A stretch of DNA of 64,000 nucleotides, from positions 77,314,001 to 77,378,000 of the forward strand of contig OX597821.1 of assembly GCA_951406725.2 (NCBI GenBank). Reading direction: 5' to 3'. The notes beneath the pieces are model-generated. The model was not told the DNA's origin, did no database searches, and saw only the letters and a program-made list of their open reading frames with translations. Origin of the DNA: Octopus vulgaris. Its lineage: Eukaryota. This document shows, piece after piece, positions 13,415-27,059 of the stretch. The position numbers and the translations under genes are program-made. Every line of letters begins with the position of its first letter. Position 1 is the stretch's first letter.

Positions 13415-13790
13415 TTATCAGTGTGTGCTTATTTGTTTGTATGTGAGTTTGTATATATGAGAGTGGGAGGAGAAAATGTGTGCGTGTGTATGAGAGAGAG
13501 AGAGAGAGAGAAAGAGAAAGAGAGGGAGGGAGAGAGAGAAAGAGAAAAAATAACGTGTTTTAAACCCGAACGCTTTCGACGCTTTCGCACTTTCGCACTT
13601 ATTCTTGGTGCTGTGCATCCAAGCTCAGTATTTTTGGTTAATGACGTTATTGATGCTGCAACGTTTCCGTGTTGAAGTTCTTCATGTTTCTATAGACTGG
13701 GCAAAAGAGATTGAGTTCTAACAATGCTGTTGTAGCAGAGTTCTGGATTATGTTAGATGTGTTTGTTTAGGAGTAGTCGTGTAAGATATG

Positions 13791-14197
13791 TTTCTTTATT
13801 ACCCACAAGGGGCTAAACATAGAGGGGACAAACAAAGACAGACAAACAAATTAAGTCGATTACATCGACCTCAGTGCGTAACTGGTACTTTATTTATCGA
13901 CCCCGAAAGGATGAAAGGCAAAGTCGACCTCGGCGGAATTTGAACTCAGAACGTAGCGGCAGACGAAATACCTATTTCTTTACTACCCACAAGGGGCGAA
14001 ACACAGAGGGGACAAACAAAGACAGACAAACAAATTAAGTCGATTACATCGACCCCAGTGCGTAACTGGTACTTTATTTATCGACCCCGAAAGGATGAAA
14101 GGCAAAGTCGACCTCGGCGGAATTTGAACTCGGAACGTAGCGGCAGACGAAATACCGCTAAGCATTTCGCCCGGCGTGCTAACGTTTCTGCCAGTTC
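13791..14197 (-). mobile_element. SINE family B dimer flanked by one 12-bp TSD
   Basis: Two tandem bodies (13791-13972 and 13975-14197); TCGTGTAAGATA at 13777-13788 and 14196-14207. Confidence 0.9.
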
Positions 14198-14896
14198 GTG
14201 TAAGATACGCAGCACTGTGGCATTGAAGATGGCCCTAATAATAATAAACCGTGGCCCTCACATGTCCGTTTGAGCAGCTTGGTTTGTAGTTTGTTACGAT
14301 TTGTAATGAAATTAGTGGTACAGCAGAAACATAATCCTAACGCATTAAATGTATTTGTAGCGGGAATATATAGTCGGTACAAGGTGTATGTCTGCGTGTA
14401 TGTTATTACAAGAGTTTATAAAGAGATGAGGAATAAATTCCAGTTCTATATATTTACTACATAAAAATATATTTTATTTATTGGTCGATGATGATACATA
14501 GAATCAAACTGTAGAATCTAGTTGAATGAAGTAATCTATGCAACAAAGTTCAGAGATAGAAAATGTAGAAATAACAGCAAAATGGTGGCTTTCAGTCATG
14601 TGGCGTAGAGAAACAGACGGACATAGTAATGAGGTGAATGGCTCTAAGTCCAATCGACTAAGAAGTGAAGAGCAGGGTCAGCAAGCTGTTGTTATTAATG
14701 GAACGCTAGACATTCTAGAAACTTCTAAGAGAAACGCTAAGCTTTTTGAATAATTAAGAATCCCGTCTCATGACACAGATGTTTCGAGAAACTTATAAAA
14801 GGGAGGTTACTCTATGATCTTTCTTGCAAGGAAAATCATTCGACTAACTAGCTACCGCAACATATTCTTTGTAAATTAGCTGTAGTATTTCTTTGA

Positions 14897-15283
14897 AGAT
14901 GTGTGGCATAGTGGTTAGTGTAGTCGATTCCCTATCGTAAGGTCGTGAGTTCGATTCCTGGCGTTGCGTTGTGCTTTTGAGCAAGAAACTTTATTTCACG
15001 CTGCTGCAGCCCACTCAGCAGTTATACCTATAATTCAAAGGGCCAGCCTTGTCGCACCTTGGTTCGGTGAAAGTGTTATTTTGTTGGTTGAGGTATATGT
15101 GTGTGTACCGTGATGATGTTTTGGTAACTGTGTGGTAAGTAGCTTGCTTACCAACCACATGGTTCCGTGTTCAATCCCGCTGCGTGGCACCTTGGGCAAG
15201 TGTTTTCTACTATAGCCTCGAGCTGACTAAAGCCTTGTGAGTAGATTTGGTGGACGGAAACTGAAAAAAGCCAGTCGTATATA

Positions 15284-15334
<51 letters not shown>

Positions 15335-15750
15335 GTATTATGTATGTATATGTGTGCGTTTATATATTTGTTTGCCCCCCCTCCCACAACATCGCTTGAC
15401 AACCGATGCTGGTGTGTTTACGTCCCCGTAACTTAGCGGTTCGGCAAAAGAGACCGAAAGAATAAGTACTAGGCCTACAAAGAATAAGTCCTGGGGTCGA
15501 TTTGCTCGACTAAAGGCGGTGCTCCAGCATGGCCACAGTCAAATGATTGAAACGAGTAAAAGAGTAAAAGAGTAGGAGTTGTGTGACAGTTTCCCATGCG
15601 ATTGTGGTAGCTAGATATGGATATCAGAAGGTGATGTCTAAATACGCGTGTCTGTGGAGTATTCAGCCACTTGCACGTTAATTTCACGAGCAGACTGTTT
15701 GGCTGATCGGATCAACCGGAACACTCGTCATCGCAACCGACGGAGTACCA
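14897..15750 (+). mobile_element. SINE family C-type copy split by nested insertions
   Basis: Head 14897-15060, tail 15643-15750. Confidence 0.75.
15128..15573 (+). mobile_element. SINE family A
   Basis: Full match to family A. Confidence 0.9.
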
Positions 15751-16745
15751 GTGCTTTTCTGTGTGTTATTAAGTGTGGTGCTTTCTATTTCGCACGGTGG
15801 ATGTAATTCCTAGTATTTCAGTGTTTTTGTTGCTTTGTTTCTTCACTTTTTTGCTTCTATATGGTATGTTTATGCTGTTGAATAAGATGACTGCATATAA
15901 TTGGTGTTCCTTGATGTTACTGCCAACAAAGGAGGTTATTGATTTGGTGAATACGACTATAGGGCTATTGTTTAAATGTAGGTTTCTAAGTGGTGATGTA
16001 GTGTTGGACACGTTCTACAGCTGTATCTGAGGAGTTGTGGAACGTTGTGAGTGTAATGTGTCCTGCATGTGAGGCCGTGTTTTAATTTTAAATAGAATTG
16101 AAGAAACTATTTGGATACAGGTTAAAAAGAGTAGAAGGGATTGTATATCTTTGTGATACAACGTTCAGGAAGTTGTACATTAGAAAAGTTCTGTGTGTAT
16201 TTAAAAAGCTTGTTGACTTCAGAGATAGCAATGTGTTTTTTCTTAAGGAGGTTTTCATCCTTTTATGTAGCGTGGGATGAGGTTGAGTAAGTGAGTAACG
16301 AAAATGACGTCAAAATCCTTGCTGATGTCATCGGTGATAAAAATGGCACCAATGAGGGTGATGTTTTGTTTCGAAGCCAATATGTATTTTCGTGTAAGAT
16401 TAGTGAAGAATCTTGTGGTTATGCAGTTTGAATCCATGTTGTGACTTGAGGAGAAGAATGTATGTTTATTAATAACAACGGGATCAAGGTCAAGACTTTC
16501 TAAGTGTTTTGCAAATATTTATACGAGGGTTAACGGTTTGTGCAATGCCATTTGAATTGGCTTTTCATTGGGTTTTAGAACTACGATTATATTACCCAAT
16601 TTCCACTTTTTGATAGTTTGGCAGCTTAATATCGAGTAGTTGTAAATGTTGTCTATTGGAGTATGAGGCCTGCTAAGTGTATGTTTGTGATTTTGTCTGG
16701 TTACAAGTTTTTGAATTTCATTTACGCAATATTAACTTCTAATTG

Positions 16746-17036
16746 GTGGAGGCACATGGCCTAGTGGTTAGAGCAGCGGACTCGCGGTCGAGGGATCGCG
16801 GGTTCGTTTCTCAGACCCTCGTGTGTGTGCGAAACATCTAAGCTCCACGCGGTTCCGGCAGAAGGTAATGGCGAACTTCTGCTGACTCTTTCGCCACAAC
16901 TTTCTCTTACTCTTTCCTCCTGCGCCTTGCTGCTCACCTGCGATGGACCGGCTTCCTGTCCAGGTGGGGAAACTATACGCCAAGGAAGCCGGAAAACCGG
17001 CCTTAATGAGCCAGGCATGGCTCGAGAAGAAAAAAC
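16746..17036 (+). mobile_element. tRNA-headed SINE with a Meta/V-like central domain and 12-bp TSD
   Basis: Family C-like head; ACCTGCGATGGACCGGCTTCCTGTCCAGG resembles Meta/V domains from memory; AACTTCTAATTG at 16734-16745 and 17037-17048. Confidence 0.8.
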
Positions 17037-17072
17037 AACTTCTAATTGAGGGACCGAAAGTATGTTCTAGAT

Positions 17073-17381
17073 CAGTGGTTCTCAACCAAGCTCCACATAA
17101 CCCTTGGGGGCTCGATATGACCTGGGGGGTCCATATGATCCTTGGGGGGTCAATATGATCCTTGGGGATCTATATAAGATTTTTTGTCAAAATTTATGTG
17201 CAATAAACTGGTCATACTTCCACAATACACAAAATATTTTAATAGCAATTTTTTAAACAATTCTTAATATTTAATTATCAAAATATAATAGGATCTTTTA
17301 AGCACCGAATGACTATTGGGGTCCAGTAAAGTAAATCAAAAATCAAAGGGGTTCATAAGCAAAAATGGTTGAGAACCACTG
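17073..17381. mobile_element. hAT (Charlie/MER5-like) MITE
   Basis: 15-bp TIR CAGTGGTTCTCAACC / GGTTGAGAACCACTG; 8-bp flanks TTCTAGAT / ATCTGGAT fit the nTCTAGAn target; internal ~20-bp tandem repeats. Confidence 0.85.
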
Positions 17382-19348
17382 ATCTGGATGAAAGGTGTGT
17401 AGCTTGGGTTTGTGTTTTTGTCTCCTTAGTGTATTTCTATGGCGGATGAATGTTTAAAATGTCTGATAAGACCATTACTTACTAAGTGAGGCAATGTTAA
17501 CTGGAGTTGTGACGTGTGATGCGGTGAAGTCATTGTCAGAGCTGTTGATATTACTAATTACTTTGTATAGCGCTTTGTTGCTTGTTTTATGCTTGTATTT
17601 TCTTGGTTTGTGTTGTTATTCTTTCTTTAGTTTCTTGTTGGTGGGTTGTATTTCTGTTGTTGTATTTGAAGTTATCTTTATCTTTATCTGATTAGTTATT
17701 TCAGCAATGTAATTAAGCTTTTGTGTTTTATGGTGCTTTGTGAGACGTGGTTTTCTTAAGTATCTATAATTAGTTTGTTACACATATTTATAAGTACTAC
17801 AGCGTCTATGTTAATAATTGAGAGATGTTGATGAGTCTTGAAGGAAACTCACTTCCATTTCCCAACGGAACTGGATTCATTGGGGTTCGGTGAAAGTGTT
17901 ATTTTGTTGGTTGAGGTATGTGTGAGTGCCGTGATAATGCTTTGGTAAATGTTTGAAGAAGAGTTATGTGACAGTCTCCCATATGGTTATGGTAGCTAGA
18001 TATGGATATTAGAAGGTGATGTCTGAATAATTGTAGTTATCTTTATAAGGTATGTAGATATGTTTGCGTAACATATTTAACATTCTCAAGGAATTTAGTT
18101 GTGATGTCGCTCGCCCCTTGTGTTATCTGTATTAATTTTGCACCAATATGTGTAATAGACATCAACATATCCTATAATTATGTTGATCGCTAGTCTGGTA
18201 ATCATTTAGCCGCAGTGTGTAACCTTCTGGCTGCTCTGTGAGGCCGAAGGAAGCATGTGTGTATAATTATTATGTAATTACATATACACTGACTCTCTTA
18301 ATTTGCTTGGTCGAGTTCAGGATAGAGTTGTTCACGTGGTGCCTCCTCTCCTTTCTTCTAGGTTGGTGTTTTTGACTCATCGTTGAAATGTATTTCCGTT
18401 GTCTTTTTTATCAGCATTTCCATGGTCATTGCTCAGATGAACTTTCCAAATCTAGGAATCTTTAAACGCATCACCCGCTTCTCTTCCCAGGTTCATCGTT
18501 TTTTCTATTGAGCTTCCAGTTCGTCATAAAGTTCTTTTATTCTAATTGCTACTTTCCTCAGACTGCTGCTCTCTGCAACTCCCTATCATCTGGCCCGTGA
18601 CATTCAGTCCTTTAAGCTTTTCTATCAATCGACATCTCTTAAAGTCGCGAACCCCGTTTTTCTTCATTATAGTCCCTTACGCTACAAAGGTCTGAACCCT
18701 TGTTTCGGACAAAGTCGTATTTAGAAAAAGAAATTAGGTGTTGTTAATTATTATTTCGAAAGGTTGCGTTTCTAGTGTGTTGAGGTGCCTCGGATGTTCG
18801 TTTATGGTATCCATCGATGGATGGCTGGCATGAGAGTATGGAAGTAGTATTGTCTAAAGATCAGGAGGAGGAACTTAAAACAGAACTTGAGGATGTATAT
18901 ATGTTGATAAGAGGAATATTGGCACCGGAAAAGAAGGATGAACTAGAAGAAATATACGAGGTTAAATTTGGGGACTTTGTGGTTTTCGCGGTAAAATAGG
19001 AAAAATAAGGACAAGTGATGTTGACTGATGGGGCAGTTAACATCACTTTCATTTCACATTTTCACCCTTTTTCTCATTTCATAATACGATAATTTTTTTT
19101 TGATGTTTTGTGTCCCCAATGTGTTGTAGTGTCCCCTCTTTGTAAAACCGTATTGTTAATAAAAAAATAACACCACATGGTTTTATGTATGTTATGAGGT
19201 CGTTTCTTCAATTGTTTGGTCTGCTTGTCTTTATCCATGTTTGTTATATCATAGCGACATGGATGTAATTCGAAGTTTGTTTTATTTTCTTTTTTGCTAC
19301 TTCTATAAACATGATTTTAGTCCATTAACGTTATAATACAGCGTCTAA

Positions 19349-19757
19349 TCTCTCTCTATATAAAGCTGAAGTTGTCTGTGTATGGCAGGTTTGGTAGCCT
19401 TCAACTAACACTATCTCCTCCGAGACTCTGCGGCGCAAGTTGATCAAAATTGAAAGTATGATAGAAGAAGGCTTGCTCTTTATTCCGTAGAAGAAAAATT
19501 CAAATCGGACCATGTTAACACCAAAAATTATTAACATCAAAAAGGTGCTTTTTTTTTCTATGAAAATCCCTATTTTTTACGATTTTTTTACTGCTTTGTC
19601 GCCATTTTTCGGTGTATTTCAACCAGAAAAATGTTCACTTAAAGAGAATAACAAGCTGCATAATGCAAAATTTTTACTTTTCAAAAATTTCAATTCTAAA
19701 GGGTCGTTTTAAGCGCAAATAAAAACAAACCCGAGCAACACCGGGCTATACAGCTAG
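19349..19757 (+). mobile_element. Non-autonomous Helitron
   Basis: A|TC 5' end (TCTCTCTATATAAAG), 3' hairpin CCCGAGCAACACCGGG followed by CTAG|T. Confidence 0.8.
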
Positions 19758-20004
19758 TTATCTATATTTTCATGTTACATATGTTGAAATTACTTTTAAC
19801 CGAAGTCAGTTCTCATATAACAGATTTATGAGCGAAAACATTCCATCCATGACCATCTCATCGTTTCATGCTTATTGTATGCCATTATCTTTTCTATAAC
19901 ATTAGCCAAAAAGGGAGCATTTACGTGGTGAATGCTTGAAATGGCTGTCAAACCTCATATATCCTTCTCTCTGTAAGAAACGTTCATTTAATAACATCGT
20001 CCGG

Positions 20005-20320
20005 CGTAGGGCTTACAATCATGAGGTAGTGAGTTCGATTCCCGGACCGGGCTGTGTGTTGTGTTCTTGAGCAAGACACTTTATTTCACGTGGCTCCAAT
20101 GCACTCAGGCTGTAGAAATGAGTTGTGACGTCACTGGTGCCAAGCTGTATCGGCTCCTTTGCCTTTCTCTAGGATGACATCGGTGACATGAAGAGGAGAG
20201 GCTGGTATGCATGGGCGACTGATGGTCTTCCATAAAACAACCTTGCCCGGATTTGTGCCCGTGAGAGGGACTTTCTAGGTGCAATCCCAGGGTCAGTCAT
20301 GACTGAAGGGGAACTTCAGC
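20005..20320 (+). mobile_element. SINE family D (C-like head and CORE-like block, RTE/BovB-like tail)
   Basis: GAGTTCGATTCCCGG, TGTTCTTGAGCAAGACACTTT, tail GGTCAGTCATGACTGAAGGGG; second 3' copy on minus strand at 44012-44208. Confidence 0.7.
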
Positions 20321-20514
20321 CTTTACCCATTACATATTATCTTTTATCTTTTACTTGTTTCAGTCATTGGACTGCGACCATGCCAGGGCACAACCTTCGA
20401 CCCTTGTACTTATTTTTTTCTGCTTAAGTCTTATCCTATCGATTTCTTTGGCCAAGCCATTAATTTGCTGGGACGTAAATAAACCAGCACCAAGGTTTTC
20501 AAGTGACGATGGTG

Positions 20515-20547
<33 letters not shown>

Positions 20548-20759
20548 ATATATACGTGTTTGCCTCCACGTAACTTAGCGGGGAGGCAAACTAGAATTCT
20601 TCAAGGCGATGCCCCTGACTGAAACAAGTAAATGTTAAATGACTGGTACTTTACTTTGTTGAGCCAGGGAGGATTGAAATGCCGAGAGCCGGAACTTAAT
20701 TTTCAAATCTGTGTTGAATTTGTGTCACGCTGATTATTTCATTCGCACTTCTACCATGA

Positions 20760-21060
20760 CTGGCATTCCGTCGCTTACGACGACGAGCGTTCAAGTTGAT
20801 CCGATCAACGAAACGGCTTGCCCGTGAAATTAACGTGCAAGTACCCTAAATGTTGTTCTCGGGGAGTTTCAGCGTGATACAGAATGCGACAGGGCTGGCC
20901 CTTTCATAAACAAGTACTGCTCGTTTTTGTCAGCTGAGTGGAGTGGAGCAACGAGAAATAAAGTGCCTTGCTCAAGAACACAACGCACAGGCGGGAATCG
21001 AACTCACTAGCTTATGATCGTGAGCCAAGTACCTTAACCATTAAGCCGCGCGCCTTTACA
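20760..21060 (-). mobile_element. SINE family C-type copy
   Basis: Reverse complement of the head and 3' block. Confidence 0.8.
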
Positions 21061-21211
21061 CGCCCCTACAATGGTAAATAAGCGAATATCACAGTTTTCC
21101 GTTTCGTGCCTTCTGCTAACACAGAGGGCCATTGTGACTAATCAAATTAAAAGCGTTTTTGCAGGTTGGAAACAGTCTTAATACAGACATCGGTTTACTT
21201 TATAAAGACGC

Positions 21212-21352
21212 AAGAGTGGCTGTGTGGTAAGTAGCTTGCTTACCAACCACATGGTTCCGGGTTCATTCCCACTGCGTGGAACCTTGGGCAAGTGTCTTCT
21301 ACTATAACCTCGGGCCGACCAAAGCCTTGTGAGTGGATTTGTCGTATATATC

Positions 21353-21418
<66 letters not shown>

Positions 21419-21618
21419 ATGTTTGTGTGTCTGTGTTTGCCCTCCCAACATCGCTTGATCGCTTGACAACCGTTGCTGGTGTATTTACGTCCCCGTAACT
21501 TAGCGGTTCGGCAAAAAAGGCCGGTAGAATAAGTACTAGGCTTCCAAAGAATAAGTCCTGGGGTCGATTTGCTCGACTAAAAGGTGGTGCTCCAGCATGG
21601 CCGAAACAAGTAAAGAGT
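21212..21618 (+). mobile_element. SINE family A
   Basis: Match to family A with small deletions. Confidence 0.9.
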
Positions 21619-22722
21619 ATATATGTTTCTCTCGACTGAACCTTTATATTCACAAATATCAAACTGCTGTTCTATAGCCCCAGGTCTAACCCTTTATGAT
21701 AAGATTTCCATCATTTATCTTCCCATCTTTTGATGGGAACGCCGGATTACATAGTCCAGAATAGCATTTCTTTATTTAAAATACCAGCGTATAATTTAAG
21801 GGAGATTTCGCAGCATAACGGTCACGTAGAAGTTCTCTCTCATTGGCAAATATCAAACTGTAATACCATAAAAAGGCTACCTTCAATCGTATATTTATAT
21901 TATGGAATATTCTGCTAGTTTTTGTTTGTTTGTTTAATTTGTTTGATTGGTTGGTTGTTGTTGTTGTTGTTGTTGTTTTTGGACTAGTTTTATTCACTGA
22001 AAGACTGACGTGAAACTAATAACAACATCGGTGGCTGAATCCATAACAGAGCAGAACCAAAACATTCAAAAGAATTTCATTTTCGGAATTTTTCGCATGA
22101 CATCGGTAGGTACGGTTTGGCAATAAATTCCACCTGTCTCTTGGAGTTGATTAATACATAAAACGAAAGTGTTGACAGTTTAGTTAAAACAACTACTGTA
22201 AACAGAATAACTTTCCCGTTTGGAAAATATCATTAACTGTTACGAAATATTATTCTGCAAAAACAGGAGGATTAGCCGAAAGTTATAGCTACATGTGAGT
22301 TAATGAAACAATAATATTTAGAAAAATACCATTTGCATAGAACTCTTTTAGTGCGATTGACAGCGCTTCCCAGCCAATAATGCTTCTAAGAGAAAATCAT
22401 CTGATACTTTGGTGCGAAAACATTTCGACTTTTTTTTTTTGCTTTTAATGAATTGGTTTTCTGACGACAGAAGATAAAGACTGGTCGTCTTCAATTCTCG
22501 TCGATACAAACATTCGCTGCAGTGAGTGATCATCGGTGAGTTCGTTCGATACGTTCTGCAGCCAAATCTCCCTTAAACCACGCAATACTGTGTTGTTGTT
22601 GCTTTTTTTTTTTAAATAAGGAAATGCTGTTTTCGACTATTTAGACCGGCGTATCCTTGGGGGGAGGGAAGGGAGGAAGGGAGGGAGGGAGGGAGGGAGG
22701 AAGGGAGGAAGAAGAAGAAGAA

Positions 22723-22794
<72 letters not shown>

Positions 22795-24447
22795 GAAGAA
22801 GAAGAAGAAGAAGAAGAAGAAGAAGAAGAAGAAGAAGAAGAAGAAGACTACCGGCATAATTCATAGGGTGTGGAGTACTGAGCGGTAAACGGGACAGATA
22901 TTAGTGTAATTCGGAGAACTTCTAAATTTCCAAACACATGCTTCCGAGTTCATTTCCCACTGTGTGGCATCTTGAGCAGTTGTCTTATTCTATTCGGGCC
23001 GACCAAAGCCTTGTAAGTGGATTTAATGGTTGATGCTGGTATTCGAAAGACTGTCGAAATGTCAAGAGCTAAGAGTTGAGATGTAGACAAATCATGAATG
23101 TTGAAGATTTGCCGGTGAGTAAGGCATAGACAGTGATTTGGAGGTGGGGTTTCAAACTCCCTTTTAGTATTAGTCTAAGACAAAGAGTGGAGAAACAGCT
23201 TTACAGAAGATGAGAGTCAAGAATTTATTCCGGTGGGAAGAGAAAAGAGAAGCGGGAGGAAAGAAACATTTCGTCTGATGAAGCGAAAATTTAATTGGAA
23301 CGAATCCTGTCCGAAATTATTAAAATAAATATTAGTCATTAAACAAATATTGTACTTAATTAATATTTAAATTAACTATTTAATGCTCATTTCATTACAT
23401 ATTCTAATAATAACTTATTCTATTTTACGAACTTATTCAACTTAATATATTCCAGCACTGACCATCACTAATTGCCAAAGACCCTACTGTTTCATTTTGA
23501 GATTTCTCTCTAGTTTAACACTTTGCCCACCAAACCCATTTTGCGCCATATTTCCTTTTACTTCAGCGCTATAGTTTTGTTATAAATTATGATTTTCTTA
23601 AATTCTTTAACCATAAATATGTTCTTAGACAGTATACAAACAACCCCATTGATTTGTAGCATGAGTATCACTAGCGACACCTGCTGTACAGAACGGATAT
23701 TATATTCCTTCTGTGCCACATGAGTCACTAGTGATACGCTTTAAAATGTTTTAAAATATTCATTATACCCCCATTTATGGATTTTTTATCTGTTTGTTTC
23801 TTTTTTTTCTGCCGATTATATTTCAGATTATGTTAGAGAAGCCTAAATCACGCTGGGTGGAATGCTGAGCGGTATTTCGTCTGCAGCAACGTTCTGAGTT
23901 CAAATTCCGCCAAGGTCGACATTTCAGGTCTTGTGCCTATAGTCGAAAGGATTGTATAAGCCTGAAAAGCTTCTTTTTCCACAAAAATGACTTTTCTTGA
24001 AGGCAATACTCAAAAGATGGAGATGGCAGTGGCTTGTACACTTCTTACCAGGTCCTGTCTCAGCTTTTATTGACTTAAATTGAAAACCCATCAGAGAAAT
24101 ACAAAGAAACGTGTTATATATATTTCCTAAAATTTGAATAATGTAGTTTGAACCACACTAATGTTAAACTCCATAAAAAAAAGGTCACAATTGGAGTTCA
24201 CCGGGAACTTCCATGGCATATTAAGAAAAGAGCGCGGCGAGTCACTGGTGATTCTCATGGCGAGCGGAGTATAATGATCAAAGCTGGCTATTACGTTAGA
24301 ATTTAAAATCTTGGTCATTGAGATTTAACTTTAGCTGAAAATAAAAAAGCATGAGAGCCACAACTTCTGATTATGTCATAATCAAAAGAAAGCAATATTT
24401 TTATTTGGCTTCATTGATTTAAATATCTTTTGTTTTTCATTTTTTAG

Positions 24448-24805
24448 TTGTATCAAGCCATTAGACTGCGACCAGGCTGGGACACCGCCTTGAAGAATTT
24501 TTATTCGAACGAATCGACGATTTTTAAGCCTGGTACTTATTCTGCTGGTCTCTTTTGCCGAACCGCTAAATTACGGGGACGTAAACTCACCAACACCGGC
24601 TATCAAGCAGCGGTGAGGGACAAACATACACACACACACACACATGACAAGCGCCTTTCAGCTTTTGTCTATCAAGTCTACTCACAGGGTTTGGTCAGCC
24701 CGAGGTTATAGTAAAAGACGCTTGCCCGAGGTACCACTCAAAGGAACTGAACCGGGAACCATGTGGCTGGGAGGCAAACTTCTTACAACACAGCCACGCC
24801 TGCGT
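24448..24805 (-). mobile_element. SINE family A, older diverged copy
   Basis: CTTTTGCCGAACCGCTAA and ACACAGCCACGCCTGCG motifs. Confidence 0.8.
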
Positions 24806-25458
24806 CTTAATATATTGAGAAACATTTCAGAATAAAGATTCTGTTAAGTCAGGTCGCGATTTTTTTTTTCTTTTCCTTCCAAGATTCCTCATTAGCTGCA
24901 GCTATCTGGTGTCAGAGCTGAAATGTCAGCCAACACCAAACTTTGCCTAAAAGATTTGTCACAGATTCTACGTTTAATTTTGGCAAACGCATGACATTTA
25001 TAGGCAATGCCTTGTGGTACAGACAACCCGAATTTTAAGAAAGAAACAAAAAAATATGGAATGGCATTGTAAACGAGCCAGTTATTTCTTTTATACGAGC
25101 GACACACGGATCTTCTTACTTATATGATATTTGGCATTTGTACAGTATGTGAGGTACCCAGCTTTGAGAAGACAGGATATGTCATGTACAATAATGTTCA
25201 TACGAAGCTGGTGCCCTCCCCTAGCGATATTCTTTGTTAAATGAGAATGAATAACTTTTGATAGTCTTCTTAACTGATATTCAATGCTTCACATCGAAAA
25301 CGATGACCGCAGATTGAAAAAAAAAATCAATGGTAGTTAAGTTTTTGTTCTTGAAGTGTAACACAACACAACATAAAATAAAAACAGTTCTGTATAACCG
25401 AACTCCAGTCAAGATGGTGACCGATATGGTTTAAAGATGGCTGTAGAATATTTTAGCT

Positions 25459-25686
25459 ACGGCGAGCTGGCAGAAACATTGGCACGCCGGGCGAAATGCG
25501 TAGCCGTATTTCGTCTGTCGTTACGTTCCGAGTTCAAATTCCGCCGAGGTCGACTTTGCCTTTCATCCTTTCGGGATCGATAAATTAAGTATCAGTTACG
25601 CACTGGGGTCGATGTAATCGACTTAATCCGTTTGTCTGTCCTTGTTTGTCCCCTCTGTGTTTAGCCCCTTGCGGGTAGTAAAGAAA
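25459..25686 (+). mobile_element. SINE family B
   Basis: GGCGAGCTGGCAGAAAC...GCCCCTTGCGGGTAGTAAAGAAA. Confidence 0.9.
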
Positions 25687-26230
25687 TGTACTAGTTCCAG
25701 TTCACAGTCAATTCAAAAATCTGCCTTTTATATTTCTTATAAGAACGATGTATTCGTCTATTTTGGGGGGGGAGGGGGTGGAGGTAGGGGTTTTGGTGGA
25801 AGTTTTCTCTGACAAAGAATTCAGATATTATTGGAACAAGTTTGAAAAGGGAACAAAAAGTGCTGCAAAATGTCTACAGTAAATATTACTTCAAATACGG
25901 GAAGAAATTCTGCATTTGTATTACTTTTCTGGTTTTTGCTTTCATCAGTCATTTGGGCGCCGGCCATGCTGGAGGAGAGTCATGGAGGATTTAGACAAAC
26001 AAATTAACCTTACTACTTGTTTGCTTTGAAAGTCTGTTACATATTTTATTGGGCTCTTTGCTCAAACCGCTAAGTTGCAGAGGCATAAACAGTCGGTGGG
26101 GCTACAAACACACGCAATCACACATACACTCGGACGCGCGTGCACACACACACATACACTCGGACGCGCGTGCACACACACACATACACGCACACACACA
26201 AATATATGTATATGCATGTATCTATGTATA

Positions 26231-26277
<47 letters not shown>

Positions 26278-26558
26278 TGTATAGATATATCCGAATATAT
26301 TATATATGTGTGCATATATGAATACGTATATATATAATATGTATAACATATATGATAAATATATATATTTATCACACGTGACCAACCAGACTATCAGATA
26401 GTGTTATACGTCGCTGGTCACAATGCACTTTGCATCATTTTAGCCATCAAATGATGACACTATACTGGCTAGGTGAGCAGGTCAACACTAGGTGTTTTGT
26501 TCAAGAACACAATGCACCGACCGGTCTGGAAATCGAAGAAACACACACACACTCACAC

Positions 26559-26607
<49 letters not shown>

Positions 26608-26889
26608 TGTGTGTGTGTATGTGTGTGTGTGTGTGTGTGTATACATATATACTTAAAAAAACCCTCGATTCAATAGCACCGTTTACAAACTCTATGCTTG
26701 GAATGACCAATTTTAAACACTATTGGGACTTACAAGGTACAGGAATCTTATATGTATACCATTCTGCCTAAATAATGGAACTGCAGATACATAATACCTG
26801 CATATCTCACGTCTATTTTCATTCCTCCACTCCACCCTCTATTTCACATCTTATCTAAATTAACTATTGCCTAACCATTTTCTCACACC

Positions 26890-26937
26890 GTCTCCAATGA
26901 AGGGATATATAAAATATCCCGGAAACAGCTGTAAGAC
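26890..26937 (+). ncRNA. Hammerhead relic (core mutated to CCAATGA) in a TA-terminated element
   Basis: gtct-CCAATGA-aGGGATAT...ATATCCC-g-GAAAC-AGCT-GTA-agac; all three stems present. Confidence 0.6.
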
Positions 26938-27059
26938 CTATTTATAAATGTTCTGAAATCTTTCACAGCCCTTGGATTTTTATCTCATTCTGTTACTTTA
27001 TATATATATATATATATATATAGTTATCTTTTTTTTTAAATTTTATTTGTTTCAGCACA

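Noticed and set aside
16746-16820. tRNA-like sequence
   Set aside because: It is a SINE head continuing into a SINE body with a TSD, not a tRNA gene
18280-18700. Possible RLE retrotransposon N-terminal remnant (RIKELYDE)
   Set aside because: Too degraded to assign
23270-23300. CTGATGAAGCGAAA motif
   Set aside because: Too short for stem II, with no stem I or III pairing; likely chance
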